This document shows positions 46,102-55,379 of a stretch of DNA of 56,256 nt, in pieces (position 1 is the stretch's first letter; every line of letters starts with the position of its first letter). Source of the DNA: a virus (Duplodnaviria; Caudoviricetes). The stretch is taken from positions 1 to 56,256 of IMG/VR virus record IMGVR_UViG_3300035665_002545; one strand, written 5' to 3'. Under the pieces are notes generated by a model. That model was not told the origin of the DNA. It saw only the letters and a program-made list of their open reading frames with translations, and did no database searches. Both the position numbers and the translations under genes were made by a program.

Positions 46102-47804
46102 AAATCACTCTTTTTGTCGGGAATCTGATCATACCAAGTTTTCTTCAGTTCATCATAATAGGTATTCAATTCACCTGTTATCCACAAGTCCCCCGCCATT
46201 ACTTCGGCAGTAACCTTCTCAGGAACTCCCGTGTTTACCATACCAAACGGTGTCAGTTCTTCTTCAATTTGTTTCAATTGGTTTTCAAATAGTGCATTGC
46301 GAAGATTGACATTAGTGATTTCTTTGAAGTATGGGTCTTTTGCTGCCCAACCTAAGAGAACTAATGTCATCACCAAGTCGTCATGGTATCCTTCATCAGC
46401 TTTATATGAACCTCTCACTTCTATAAAGGTAGACAACTCTGATATAATATCTTTGTCGAATATCAGAAGCTTCTGAGACTCGACTAATGTCTTAAGGTTA
46501 CTACAACCTATACTTTTTACTTGTCTAGATGTCTTAACACCCAATGTTGTAGAACCTTTGAATCCGGCAGACAGGAACTGTCCTGTCTTTCCACTACCCA
46601 CCTTGAATATGTTTTCATACTCGAGTTCATAATGTAGAATATCTGCTATTTGCTGTCCGTTATCGTTAACTTCAATAAGAACAAAAGCATCAAAAAAGTC
46701 TTTTGCTACTTTATGTATAATATTAGGAAACAGAAGCGGACTGATCTTATTGTTTCTATACTTCCCAACTACCTTATATGGGGCTTGTGTCACATCGGTG
46801 ACAGTAAACGCCGAGTAATCACCCCCCACACCCCGTGATGTGTCTACCACTATAACATACTGGTGCTCTTTTACAGGTTCTTCAAGGATATCCAACCCAT
46901 CATCTGAGGTAAATACATAGGGTAACGGCGACATTCTGGCGATAACATCACCTGAAATGAGAGACGCTGATGAACCAATGAACGAACAAAGAACCTCTTG
47001 GTTGAATTTGAGGTCTCCGAGCAGCTTTTTCTGCTCCTCTGCCCACTTTTCATCCCGGTCAGGATGTTCCCAATACTTAACATCGAGGGGAACAAACCCA
47101 TTAACACCTTGAACCGCATCATTCCAGAACTTCCAGAAGTGATTGAATCCCAATGGTGTAGACGTAAGAATGATTTTAGTAGTAGAACCCGCTGACACCA
47201 CCGGGTAAACTGCAGTGAAAAACTCATCAGCCAGATTATTGGGAATAATCGCCGCCTCGTCAACATACAAAAGGTTAACAGAACGACCCCGGACACCCGA
47301 CTTACTGGTTGCAGCAGTAAAGACTATTGATCCATTCTCAAGTTCAATGTCTCCTTTGTTCCATGTCTTGATACCTTGCTGCATCCAAAGCGGAAGATGC
47401 TCATACATCAACTGATATCTAAAGAGAATCTCCCGCGAAGCGAGTACCTTATTGGCAAGAATAGCAACTGTTTTGTTAGGTTGGAATAATGTATACCACA
47501 AAATATACGCCGCAACCGTCTGTGTCTTTCCCATCTGGCGAGGCTGCATACTGATAACCTTACGATTATCCTGCATTGTCCCAATGAACTTCTTCTGATA
47601 GTCATATAACTGAAAGGGAATGATACCGAAGTCAAGAGAAACTATCTTGCAATACTTCTGTATAAAATAAACAGGATCTTGAGTACAGCGAATCAGGTCC
47701 TGTACTTGGTCATGAGTATACTGAATAACATAACCAATCTGCTTTAGATTGGAGTTACCATTATACCTATTCTTGATATTAGCTGTTAGTATCGCTTGAG
47801 TCAA
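46086..47804 (-). CDS. gp17: terminase large subunit gp17
   Basis: PRQMGKT, YVDEAA, STPLG, VDTSRG..GDYSA, HDDLVM. Confidence 0.96.
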   Translation of the reverse strand: MTQAILTANIKNRYNGNSNLKQIGYVIQYTHDQVQDLIRCTQDPVYFIQKYCKIVSLDFGIIPFQLYDYQKKFIGTMQDNRKVISMQPRQMGKTQTVAAYILWYTLFQPNKTVAILANKVLASREILFRYQLMYEHLPLWMQQGIKTWNKGDIELENGSIVFTAATSKSGVRGRSVNLLYVDEAAIIPNNLADEFFTAVYPVVSAGSTTKIILTSTPLGFNHFWKFWNDAVQGVNGFVPLDVKYWEHPDRDEKWAEEQKKLLGDLKFNQEVLCSFIGSSASLISGDVIARMSPLPYVFTSDDGLDILEEPVKEHQYVIVVDTSRGVGGDYSAFTVTDVTQAPYKVVGKYRNNKISPLLFPNIIHKVAKDFFDAFVLIEVNDNGQQIADILHYELEYENIFKVGSGKTGQFLSAGFKGSTTLGVKTSRQVKSIGCSNLKTLVESQKLLIFDKDIISELSTFIEVRGSYKADEGYHDDLVMTLVLLGWAAKDPYFKEITNVNLRNALFENQLKQIEEELTPFGMVNTGVPEKVTAEVMAGDLWITGELNTYYDELKKTWYDQIPDKKSDFINKL

Positions 47805-48195
47805 TTGTCTTTACCTGCTGCTGTCTAATCATCTGCAGCAGATCATTAGTTGAACCCGCAAAGAGGATATTGTTTTGCTGAGCTATTTGCGGCACTGTAT
47901 CTGCGGCAGGTTTCTCCAAATCTTGTTTTTGTTTTTGAAGTGCAAGAAGGTCTTTCGATACATCAGACATAGTTTTCATTATCTGACCTGCAACCTCATA
48001 GCTTCGAGGATGCTCTGAACTTCTAGCAAGCATCATTATGTCATCGAGCGCATTAGTACCCTTGACGATGACTTCACGCAATGTCTTTCTGGCAAGTTCG
48101 TAATCCGACTGCGTGTCATCTCCATCAACCTCACGAATCAGCTTTCTTTCAGGTGAAGGTTCTAAATTGAAAACTTCATTCAACTTGTCAGTCAT
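47779..48195 (-). CDS. gp16: terminase small subunit gp16
   Basis: DYELAR, SEHPRSYEV, FAGSTNDL. Confidence 0.92.
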   Translation of the reverse strand: MTDKLNEVFNLEPSPERKLIREVDGDDTQSDYELARKTLREVIVKGTNALDDIMMLARSSEHPRSYEVAGQIMKTMSDVSKDLLALQKQKQDLEKPAADTVPQIAQQNNILFAGSTNDLLQMIRQQQVKTIDSSDTNS

Positions 48196-48946
48196 CGAAG
48201 CCCTCAAATGTTTCAACAAACACTACGCTATTTCCCGCGTACACATTTGCATTGGTTGTGACAGTGTAAGTTCCTAAATTATTAGTTAGGAGTTCATCAT
48301 TGTAGTAATTAACTTTCGCTGTTCTTATAACCCCTTGTTTTGTGGCGGGACCATAAAAATTTGTTTTCATAGTGAAAGACAATGTCCAAACAATTGCACG
48401 CCTTTCAGTGAACTCTCCATCATAATTGTCCGAGAAGTCAACGCTGTCAAGAATTATAGGAATGTCATGCTTAATATTAAGGTCAGGTACTGCCTTTATA
48501 GTAAGATTGAAGTCAGGGTTGAAGTATGGAAGGATCTGCTCTACTACTTGCAATGCATCATCAGAGTTCTTAGCGTAAACATACAAATTAATTAAAATAT
48601 TATATGGTACGGGAACATACTGTGTGGTTAAAACATTATTACTCGAACTCACATACCGATTTTGTTGAACAGAAGATAGCTTTCTAGATGCATCATACTC
48701 AATCTTAATCATCTCAAATGACATGCGAGGAAGTGTTATCTGAACATTTCTTTCCTCAGGATTTGGAAGTTGGTCAATTCTAGCCAAAAACTTTTGTCTT
48801 GGGGCATATGCAAGCGGAACTCTAATGGATTTGTTGATGTTCCCGCTTGAATTCAGACGCTCTATCTCAATGTTATTGAATAGATTGCCAAAAGCGATAA
48901 TACACTTTCTTAAAGTGCCCCAATAAAATTTACCTGAGCTTAACAT
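48188..48946 (-). CDS. gp15: tail terminator/sheath stabilizer gp15
   Basis: IAFGNLFN, VPLAYAP, LPRMSFE, QVVEQILPYF. Confidence 0.93.
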   Translation of the reverse strand: MLSSGKFYWGTLRKCIIAFGNLFNNIEIERLNSSGNINKSIRVPLAYAPRQKFLARIDQLPNPEERNVQITLPRMSFEMIKIEYDASRKLSSVQQNRYVSSSNNVLTTQYVPVPYNILINLYVYAKNSDDALQVVEQILPYFNPDFNLTIKAVPDLNIKHDIPIILDSVDFSDNYDGEFTERRAIVWTLSFTMKTNFYGPATKQGVIRTAKVNYYNDELLTNNLGTYTVTTNANVYAGNSVVFVETFEGFDD

Positions 48947-49689
48947 TATCGCGTGTAAACCTCACCAAAAGGATTTCGTTCTGTAAAGTCGAGGATATCT
49001 GTTACTGTTGTTTCAAAGTCATCATTTTGTGCATTCTTGTCTGTAGTGTTGATATCAAATGTCTCGAGATGGAAGGGTGAAGGTGAGCTAGTTTCAAGAA
49101 GGAACTGGCTGTCATCCTCAAACACCAATGTATAAGCATCTCCTTGCTCATACTTATCTATGATATTATCTATTTCTGCTATTTCAGTTGAAATCTGCTC
49201 ATGGCTGTACTGGAACAATTCACATTCTAATTTGTAGACATACAACTTTCCGACTTGAAAGAAGGGATCCTTGACTTCAACATATTTGATTTCAAAGAAA
49301 GATTTTGTGAGCGGGAAGTATAATAAATCTCCTTCAGCGGGCCTCTTTGGAAGCACACTTGCATTCTTTCTCCCTATAACTTCTTCCCATCGACGCCTTG
49401 CAAGAATAAAAGTTGCTGTATCTTGTATCTCCACGCCAAACTTAGATAAGAGATCAGTTCCTCCAAACCCCGTAGTATTCTCAAGGTAAACTTCTACATT
49501 GAATGCATCTTCATACTTATTAGTTGGATCTTCATTGAGTATCATATCACGATTAACAGCAACTCGCGGAATATAAAATACATCAAACCCGTAAATTTTA
49601 ATACATTCAAGAATAAGATCTTCATGGAGGAGCGACTCAGATCGCTTCCCCATCGGAATACCACTTTGAAAGTAATGATTGGTCGCCAT
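48946..49689 (-). CDS. gp14: neck protein gp14
   Basis: YIPR, SKFG, RPAEGDLLYFP, FFQVGK, DFTERNPFGE. Confidence 0.92.
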   Translation of the reverse strand: MATNHYFQSGIPMGKRSESLLHEDLILECIKIYGFDVFYIPRVAVNRDMILNEDPTNKYEDAFNVEVYLENTTGFGGTDLLSKFGVEIQDTATFILARRRWEEVIGRKNASVLPKRPAEGDLLYFPLTKSFFEIKYVEVKDPFFQVGKLYVYKLECELFQYSHEQISTEIAEIDNIIDKYEQGDAYTLVFEDDSQFLLETSSPSPFHLETFDINTTDKNAQNDDFETTVTDILDFTERNPFGEVYTR

Positions 49690-49705
49690 TTATTTCTTAT
49701 TCTTA

Positions 49706-49734
49706 TTGACAATGATTGACATGAGGTGTATTAT
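49706..49734 (+). promoter_or_regulatory. antisense sigma70-type promoter TTGACA-N17-TATTAT
   Basis: In the gp13-gp14 gap, pointing against the gp13 reading frame. Confidence 0.5.
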
Positions 49735-49758
49735 CGCGTTGTTGGGAATGATAATAAC

Positions 49759-50718
49759 TCATCCTACAAAGAAATTAGTAGGTAGTTCAAATCTATCTTG
49801 CATCTCATCTTCTATCTTAAGTATTTCAGCTGTTGCTTCATCATAAATTTGTTGTCCATTAAGCACAACACCCCCAGGAAGTTGTACTCCCCCAAACTTC
49901 TTAAGATTGTTACCCCACTGTCTTTTCATTAGAGCCGTAGCATATCTTTTCAGAAACATGTCATTGTAGACATCTGTAAAGGTATTGGGGTCAAGAATTC
50001 TAAAGCAGTTGACTATTAGGTAATCATTTATTGAGACGTCTCTTTCCCAATCCATGTCTACATAAAGGCGATTCATGTGCCTATTAAACCTGAAGGGCTT
50101 TTCTCCGACTAATAATGTGTTGATTAAGCGGAGGTGGTTTTGAACCATGGTGTAGTGAATCATGTCTACAGACATTAGATTGTACAGGTCATTAACTAGC
50201 ATTTGATAGCGAATATCAAATAGATTGATGCCTGATGCTTTGTCATAGAAGGGTAGGACATTTTTGACACCAGTCACTGCGTCTGAAATGTCAAAGTAGC
50301 GATTGTCAAAGCTACCTTTACTGAAAGAAGAAACGGTTGCAGTAGCTCCTGATGTAGCCCCCGTTATTATTTCACCTACTGTGAATGATGCACCTTCGGG
50401 TGTTTTAAAGCAAAATAGTTTATTTCCTGAAGTTGGCACTTGTAAGATAGTTGAAAATACACCGGAGGTTGCACCTGTAACAACTTCATTATCTACAAAA
50501 GTATTAGCAACATTTGCAGAAAGAACTATATTTGACGCGGTTATTTGAGTCTTTAGATAAATTTCTTCTACAGCATCAAAGTGATACTCTCTGTAAAACT
50601 GAAATGCTTCATCGAGACGATCCTCAATTTGATCGTCATCGATATTAATCTCAATAACGGGATGACCTAGATTGCGTAAGCAATAGTCGGCGAGATCTTG
50701 TCTTGATGTAATAGCCAT
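49759..50718 (-). CDS. gp13: neck protein gp13
   Basis: YCLRNLG.PVIEIN, YHFDA, FRFN, KRQWG.NL.KF.GVQLPGG. Confidence 0.93.
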   Translation of the reverse strand: MAITSRQDLADYCLRNLGHPVIEINIDDDQIEDRLDEAFQFYREYHFDAVEEIYLKTQITASNIVLSANVANTFVDNEVVTGATSGVFSTILQVPTSGNKLFCFKTPEGASFTVGEIITGATSGATATVSSFSKGSFDNRYFDISDAVTGVKNVLPFYDKASGINLFDIRYQMLVNDLYNLMSVDMIHYTMVQNHLRLINTLLVGEKPFRFNRHMNRLYVDMDWERDVSINDYLIVNCFRILDPNTFTDVYNDMFLKRYATALMKRQWGNNLKKFGGVQLPGGVVLNGQQIYDEATAEILKIEDEMQDRFELPTNFFVG

Positions 50719-50719
50719 A

Positions 50720-50755
50720 CCAGTCCTTATCTTTTTGAATATTTATAAAGACTGG
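50720..50755 (-). promoter_or_regulatory. late promoter TATAAATA inside an RBS-occluding hairpin
   Basis: TATAAATA at 50740-50747; CCAGTCTTTAT pairs with ATAAGGACTGG, which contains the gp13 SD. Confidence 0.65.
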
Positions 50756-50762
50756 GTTTTGG

Positions 50763-51599
50763 TTATTTTAGACCCATGGCTTGGCGAATTTTAGTGGCAC
50801 TAATACAATGAATATTGTCATCAAAAACTTCTTGCTCGATCTTATAGCCAACATCACGCCCATACGTAATATTAACTACATTAGGCACTACTAAAATTTC
50901 ATAACGACCTTGATAAAGGGGGTCTAAATCACGCCTAATGTAGTTTTTTACTTGTTCAATCGCAAACGGATTGCTATCATTCCACCCCTGGCAGTCACGA
51001 ATCATAATGCAAACTTGACCTGTTTTTTTCAGAGCTCTTTCAAAAAGCGCACGATGACCTTCATGCCAAGGTTGCCAACGACCTAACATTTGAACAGTTT
51101 CTTGCTTCCAGTCAAAGCGTGGACGGCGTTGTTCATTAACGATCCGTTCCCCCACATACTCAGCCCACCTTTCTGCATTTTTTTCTGTGATACGAAAGTC
51201 GTATATATCGGGAGGTATAAATGCCTTGTTAGTATCCTCGTATCTTCCTGCATCAATAGTATCCATCCAGATTGTCCAGTCAGCTTTGAAGTTATGGCGC
51301 ATCTCAGGAAGTGGAGCAATAAAATCACAAATTACATAATCTGTGCTTGATTCAAAAGCAAACTGCGCCATTCGAATACTTTGGCGTATTCTTCCCTCTC
51401 TAGAAAAGTCCCAGTCGTTGAACTTCTTACGAATTTCATCTGCGTTAAACCAAGTGACAGACGCATTGGGAAGCCGAGGGACCATCTCACGATTGAACCA
51501 ATCCATAGGAGGTACGCTTAGCTCGAGATACTTCTTAAGTTTTTCTGCAAGGTATGTCTTTCCTGATCCGGGGAGACCCATAACAAGAATTTTTTGCAT
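50763..51599 (-). CDS. APS-kinase-like domain fused to an HxGH nucleotidyltransferase domain
   Basis: P-loop MGLPGSGKT, NADEIR...DFSREGR.RQ; C-terminal GRWQPWHEGH and ISATKIR. Confidence 0.75.
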   Translation of the reverse strand: MQKILVMGLPGSGKTYLAEKLKKYLELSVPPMDWFNREMVPRLPNASVTWFNADEIRKKFNDWDFSREGRIRQSIRMAQFAFESSTDYVICDFIAPLPEMRHNFKADWTIWMDTIDAGRYEDTNKAFIPPDIYDFRITEKNAERWAEYVGERIVNEQRRPRFDWKQETVQMLGRWQPWHEGHRALFERALKKTGQVCIMIRDCQGWNDSNPFAIEQVKNYIRRDLDPLYQGRYEILVVPNVVNITYGRDVGYKIEQEVFDDNIHCISATKIRQAMGLK

Positions 51600-51600
51600 A

Positions 51601-51852
51601 TTACACCAAAGCTGCTTTTCCGTTTGCAATTGCGGCGGTTAGATCAGAAAGATCGCCACCGAGTTCAACAACTTTTGGATCTGCCATGACAATCTCCAGA
51701 TGGGCAACGTTTCTTTCAATGTTGCCACGACCTTCGTCGGTTAGTTCGCCGCGATCTGCTTTCTTCTGAAGTTCATCAGTAATAACCCAAACACTGTCAC
51801 GCGCTGCGCGAACGGTGCCATCTACTCTTTCTTGATCGGTTGGTTCTGTCAT
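51601..51852 (-). CDS. hypothetical protein
   Basis: 83-aa ORF with a GGAG RBS, tightly packed between its neighbours. Confidence 0.65.
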   Translation of the reverse strand: MTEPTDQERVDGTVRAARDSVWVITDELQKKADRGELTDEGRGNIERNVAHLEIVMADPKVVELGGDLSDLTAAIANGKAALV

Positions 51853-51853
51853 T

Positions 51854-52807
51854 TTAAGCTCCTATGATACTTGAAGGTTCGTCGGTTGATTTAGGTGGTT
51901 CGGCATCAGGCTCGAACTCATCGGTTGGAATAGGATCATCGAGAGTTCTCCAAAACTCTGCATTCACACATTTAGATAGTGTTGCTTCAGAAAGAATTTC
52001 ATCAGGATTAATACCCCTACGACCCAAAGATTCTCTAACTTCATGCATGTCTGCCATGCCGTAAACTTCTGCATCACGTTCACGATGAATATTTTCAATC
52101 TTAGAAAAGTCATGCTCAAAGTATTCTTCACCCAAAAACTCATAAATCTTTTTCATAGTTTCTTCTGGCTTATCCATCAGATCACTATACTCGATGAAGT
52201 GTAACGACTTGAGATTACCTTCCATGATAGCTTGTTTGATTCCATTGTAGCTTTGACCCAGAATACCCATGGGGCTGGCAAGAAACTCACAACGATTGTC
52301 ATCAGTCAAAGGAACATTTGACTTAATCAACATTTCATCAATAAAGTTAATCTTTGCGCCGTCCTGTGTATAGGTGTTTCTGCGCTGCATGGCGATAAAC
52401 GAAGCAAGAATTTCCTTAATGTCTCGTACAGGACACAAAACTTTTGCTTCTACACCAAAGTAACCAGGAATGTAATGCAAACGGTTGACCCATGAACGAT
52501 TCTTATCGAAGATTACGGGTTTATCCACATCCGAGTAGTAGTTTTCCATAACCCCCGAAATAATCTTTGCCGCTTGTTGGGGTTTTGGATATGCCAGAAA
52601 CAATTCATCTTGCGACAAAGAGGTTTCAAGTGCAATCATGGTTGGGACTACAGGTGAACTAGGACCCGAGTAGAACCTAGGATTCTGATTAAGAATAGAA
52701 GAAAGCAATGTACTACCTGCGCGAGGCAATCCTGACATGAAGTAATACTTTTTCATGTTAGCTTTCATCATTTCTTCACGAATAATTTCTTTGATCATTT
52801 CTTTCAT
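51854..52807 (-). CDS. sulfotransferase family protein
   Basis: 5'-PSB loop SGLPRAGSTLL, FDKNRSW, 3'-PB motif PVRD..EILAS, IEYSDL...PEET. Confidence 0.82.
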   Translation of the reverse strand: MKEMIKEIIREEMMKANMKKYYFMSGLPRAGSTLLSSILNQNPRFYSGPSSPVVPTMIALETSLSQDELFLAYPKPQQAAKIISGVMENYYSDVDKPVIFDKNRSWVNRLHYIPGYFGVEAKVLCPVRDIKEILASFIAMQRRNTYTQDGAKINFIDEMLIKSNVPLTDDNRCEFLASPMGILGQSYNGIKQAIMEGNLKSLHFIEYSDLMDKPEETMKKIYEFLGEEYFEHDFSKIENIHRERDAEVYGMADMHEVRESLGRRGINPDEILSEATLSKCVNAEFWRTLDDPIPTDEFEPDAEPPKSTDEPSSIIGA

Positions 52808-52814
52808 AGTAACC

Positions 52815-53711
52815 TCATTGTTTGTCTACAGATGCAATGATTTTATTTATATCAAATAAATCTACATCTTCGGTGAAGGGATATTCAATCTCATTGCCAT
52901 TGAAGTCAAAGTCAAACAAGTAACTTCCTGGCAGTTTGAAGTCATACGGAATGTCGGTTGTGATATTGTCATGCATATCATAACCAAAAACTTTAGGACT
53001 TGTGCCATTCCACAAAACTGTTGACTTGCGCTTCATGGCAGCTGCTGCATGTTGCAAACTTGAATCAATCAGAATACGCTTTTTTGAATGCATAAGCAAA
53101 CTAAAAAACTCCATTAGCGATAGAGACTGCTGTGGTGTTGCATAAATGTGTTCAGCCCCATTTAGTTTGGGAGAGTTCAACTTAGTCACTTGAAAGATGT
53201 GATAATCTTTTTGATAGTGATTCACCAACTTTTGTGCTAGATCCGTGGGCATGTCGCGTGTCCATGCATAAGGTTTAGCATCAGTGGTCATCATTCCCCC
53301 GTTGGTATGAATAACCATGACAGGTTTCTTTCTTGCCCAAAACTGTTTTGACAAATCGAATTGCAGCTTATTAAACTTTACTGTGGGAGTTTCATTATTG
53401 TACTTCAATCCATACATCTCACACCAGTTTGGAATCAAACGCTTTCGCTTGTGAATGTGATTTGTAGTATAGTATGGTTCATGATGAAACAAAATGCTGT
53501 CTTTATCTTGAATGAATTCTTGATAGAAGTAACTAGTGTTGCCTAAGGTAAACACACGATCCACAAAAGGTAGATTGATGAAGATATCGGGGTATGCACA
53601 AACCACAACCAGTTTTCGGTCGGGATGATTGTTCTTGATGCATTGTGCTACGGCAGTTGCTGCAACATGTTTGCCAATTCCCCCTTGAAGGTGAAAAATG
53701 CTATATTTCAT
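52815..53711 (-). CDS. GT9-like (GT-B) glycosyltransferase
   Basis: GGIGK, NLPFVDRV, WTRD, IDSSLQHAAAA...VLW. Confidence 0.7.
   Translation of the reverse strand: MKYSIFHLQGGIGKHVAATAVAQCIKNNHPDRKLVVVCAYPDIFINLPFVDRVFTLGNTSYFYQEFIQDKDSILFHHEPYYTTNHIHKRKRLIPNWCEMYGLKYNNETPTVKFNKLQFDLSKQFWARKKPVMVIHTNGGMMTTDAKPYAWTRDMPTDLAQKLVNHYQKDYHIFQVTKLNSPKLNGAEHIYATPQQSLSLMEFFSLLMHSKKRILIDSSLQHAAAAMKRKSTVLWNGTSPKVFGYDMHDNITTDIPYDFKLPGSYLFDFDFNGNEIEYPFTEDVDLFDINKIIASVDKQ
52844..52851 (-). promoter_or_regulatory. possible internal late promoter TATAAATA for the sulfotransferase
   Basis: Exact match 36 nt upstream of the sulfotransferase start, inside the end of the upstream gene. Confidence 0.5.
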
Positions 53712-53712
53712 T

Positions 53713-54435
53713 TCAAATTCCTATAGTTTTACGAATAATATCCCAGTTTCTCGCATTGAAGAAATGGTTGTACCGATAGACATTTTTAGTATCAAGATCG
53801 ATACGCTTTTGAATCTGACTCTTGATATCTTTAGAGATGATTGTCTTTGATATCTCGCCATGAATCTTGCTTGTCTTTAGTGTGTAGATGTTTTCACTAC
53901 GTTGTATCAGATAATCGTCACCGTACCACACCTGGTATAAACTAGGTATAACTCGATACGAAGATCGCTTGATAAACATACACACACCATAGGCATAACT
54001 TTGCCCACCAATAGGTTGTGACTTGTTTACATTCAGGCGGATAAGTTCTTCTTTCATGTCAGGATGATTTATAATGTGAAAGTTATCTACACTTCCTTTA
54101 AGATGCACACCAATGATATCTATCTGAGAGAAATCTAGTGAATGCATAAAGTTAAAAACATCATGTTCTACTTGAACATCATCATTAAGAAAGCAAATCA
54201 CATCTGCACATGAACGATAGTATCCTTCATTCCATGCAGGATTGACATAGATGTTCTTGCCATAGTTTATGATATGCAACTTTTCATGGGATACCAGATG
54301 CTTGGGCCTCTTTGCATAGTCATTGTCTATCAGATAGATGTTTGATATGCTATCACAGTCGCAATAGGTTTGCAATGCCTCTGGAAAGTTTTCATCCTTC
54401 CACATAGTAGGAATAACTAAGTCAATTTTTGTCAT
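53713..54435 (-). CDS. GT2-like glycosyltransferase
   Basis: LVIPTMW, LIDN, NIYVNPAWN.G, FLNDD, VWYGDD. Confidence 0.75.
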   Translation of the reverse strand: MTKIDLVIPTMWKDENFPEALQTYCDCDSISNIYLIDNDYAKRPKHLVSHEKLHIINYGKNIYVNPAWNEGYYRSCADVICFLNDDVQVEHDVFNFMHSLDFSQIDIIGVHLKGSVDNFHIINHPDMKEELIRLNVNKSQPIGGQSYAYGVCMFIKRSSYRVIPSLYQVWYGDDYLIQRSENIYTLKTSKIHGEISKTIISKDIKSQIQKRIDLDTKNVYRYNHFFNARNWDIIRKTIGI

Positions 54436-55379
54436 AGCGATATAATTGATCGTTTTTGAATAGAAAATCCAGACAGGATAGTTTTTAGAATCGAAGGATC
54501 ACTTGTTGCATTGCTGTGAAGATAGGTGCAAGGAAGGTTGGTCATGTGACAAGGATAACAGTCACTTGCTTTATTACTGAATGCTACAAATACTTTGTTA
54601 GGATTATTTATGTTGTCTTTTACATGAGTAAACATGAACGGTCCCGAGTTCTTTCCCACGATAGTCGAGCAATGCGTTGATAGGTATGCAATCTCGTTGA
54701 TATCATTTTCAAGATGAAAGATATCATCTGTAAACAAAACATTCTGCAGAGAGGTGTCAAACTTTTCTGTACAGATAAACAACTCATTAGGATTTGATGA
54801 TGCAAGAGAGTTTACAATGTTTTGCATGCTTCCTATTTGTGATTGGAAGCTTCTAACCTTTCCGTTGCAAAACAGATGCATTCTTTTGCCTTGTTCAGCA
54901 ATAGTTTGTACGGGGTTGATATCATACTTGTCCCATTTTATGCTAGGAACACAATCTAGAGGGTTTTGCGGTAGATCAATCTGGCACTTATGGTATGAGT
55001 TGAGATAATTGATAATGAACTGATACATTCGATGCAATGATCTATAGTTAGCATGATCTTCACCCGGTAGATTGATAATGTGGGTTGGAAAGTCAACCAC
55101 CCTATTCTGATTCTGATGAAAGTATGCACCAACCCATGTGTTAATGTAGATAGTTTTATCTGTTTCAAATATCTTACGATAGTTCAGAAAATCAACTTGA
55201 AGTTTGTTTAGATCCGGTTCAAATGTAATCTTTGTGAGATCAGAAACAATTTTGGGGTGATTCTTATGATAGTATCCGAACTTTGCATCAGGTATAGAAT
55301 CAATTATAAGTTTGATATAGCCTCTACCCGAAAACACATCGCCATTGTGCCATAGATTATAGAATAGTATGTTTTTCAT
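54432..55379 (-). CDS. putative GT-B/GT9-like glycosyltransferase (paralog of 15571-16476)
   Basis: HNGD, INTWVG, LFCNG, NVLFTDDI, NEIAYLST.C..IVGKNSGPF. Confidence 0.5.
   Translation of the reverse strand: MKNILFYNLWHNGDVFSGRGYIKLIIDSIPDAKFGYYHKNHPKIVSDLTKITFEPDLNKLQVDFLNYRKIFETDKTIYINTWVGAYFHQNQNRVVDFPTHIINLPGEDHANYRSLHRMYQFIINYLNSYHKCQIDLPQNPLDCVPSIKWDKYDINPVQTIAEQGKRMHLFCNGKVRSFQSQIGSMQNIVNSLASSNPNELFICTEKFDTSLQNVLFTDDIFHLENDINEIAYLSTHCSTIVGKNSGPFMFTHVKDNINNPNKVFVAFSNKASDCYPCHMTNLPCTYLHSNATSDPSILKTILSGFSIQKRSIISL

Noticed and set aside
24065-47804. Introns or inteins in gp46, uvsW, gp23, gp20 or gp17
   Set aside because: All are continuous, of normal length, and show no splice or homing-nuclease motifs.
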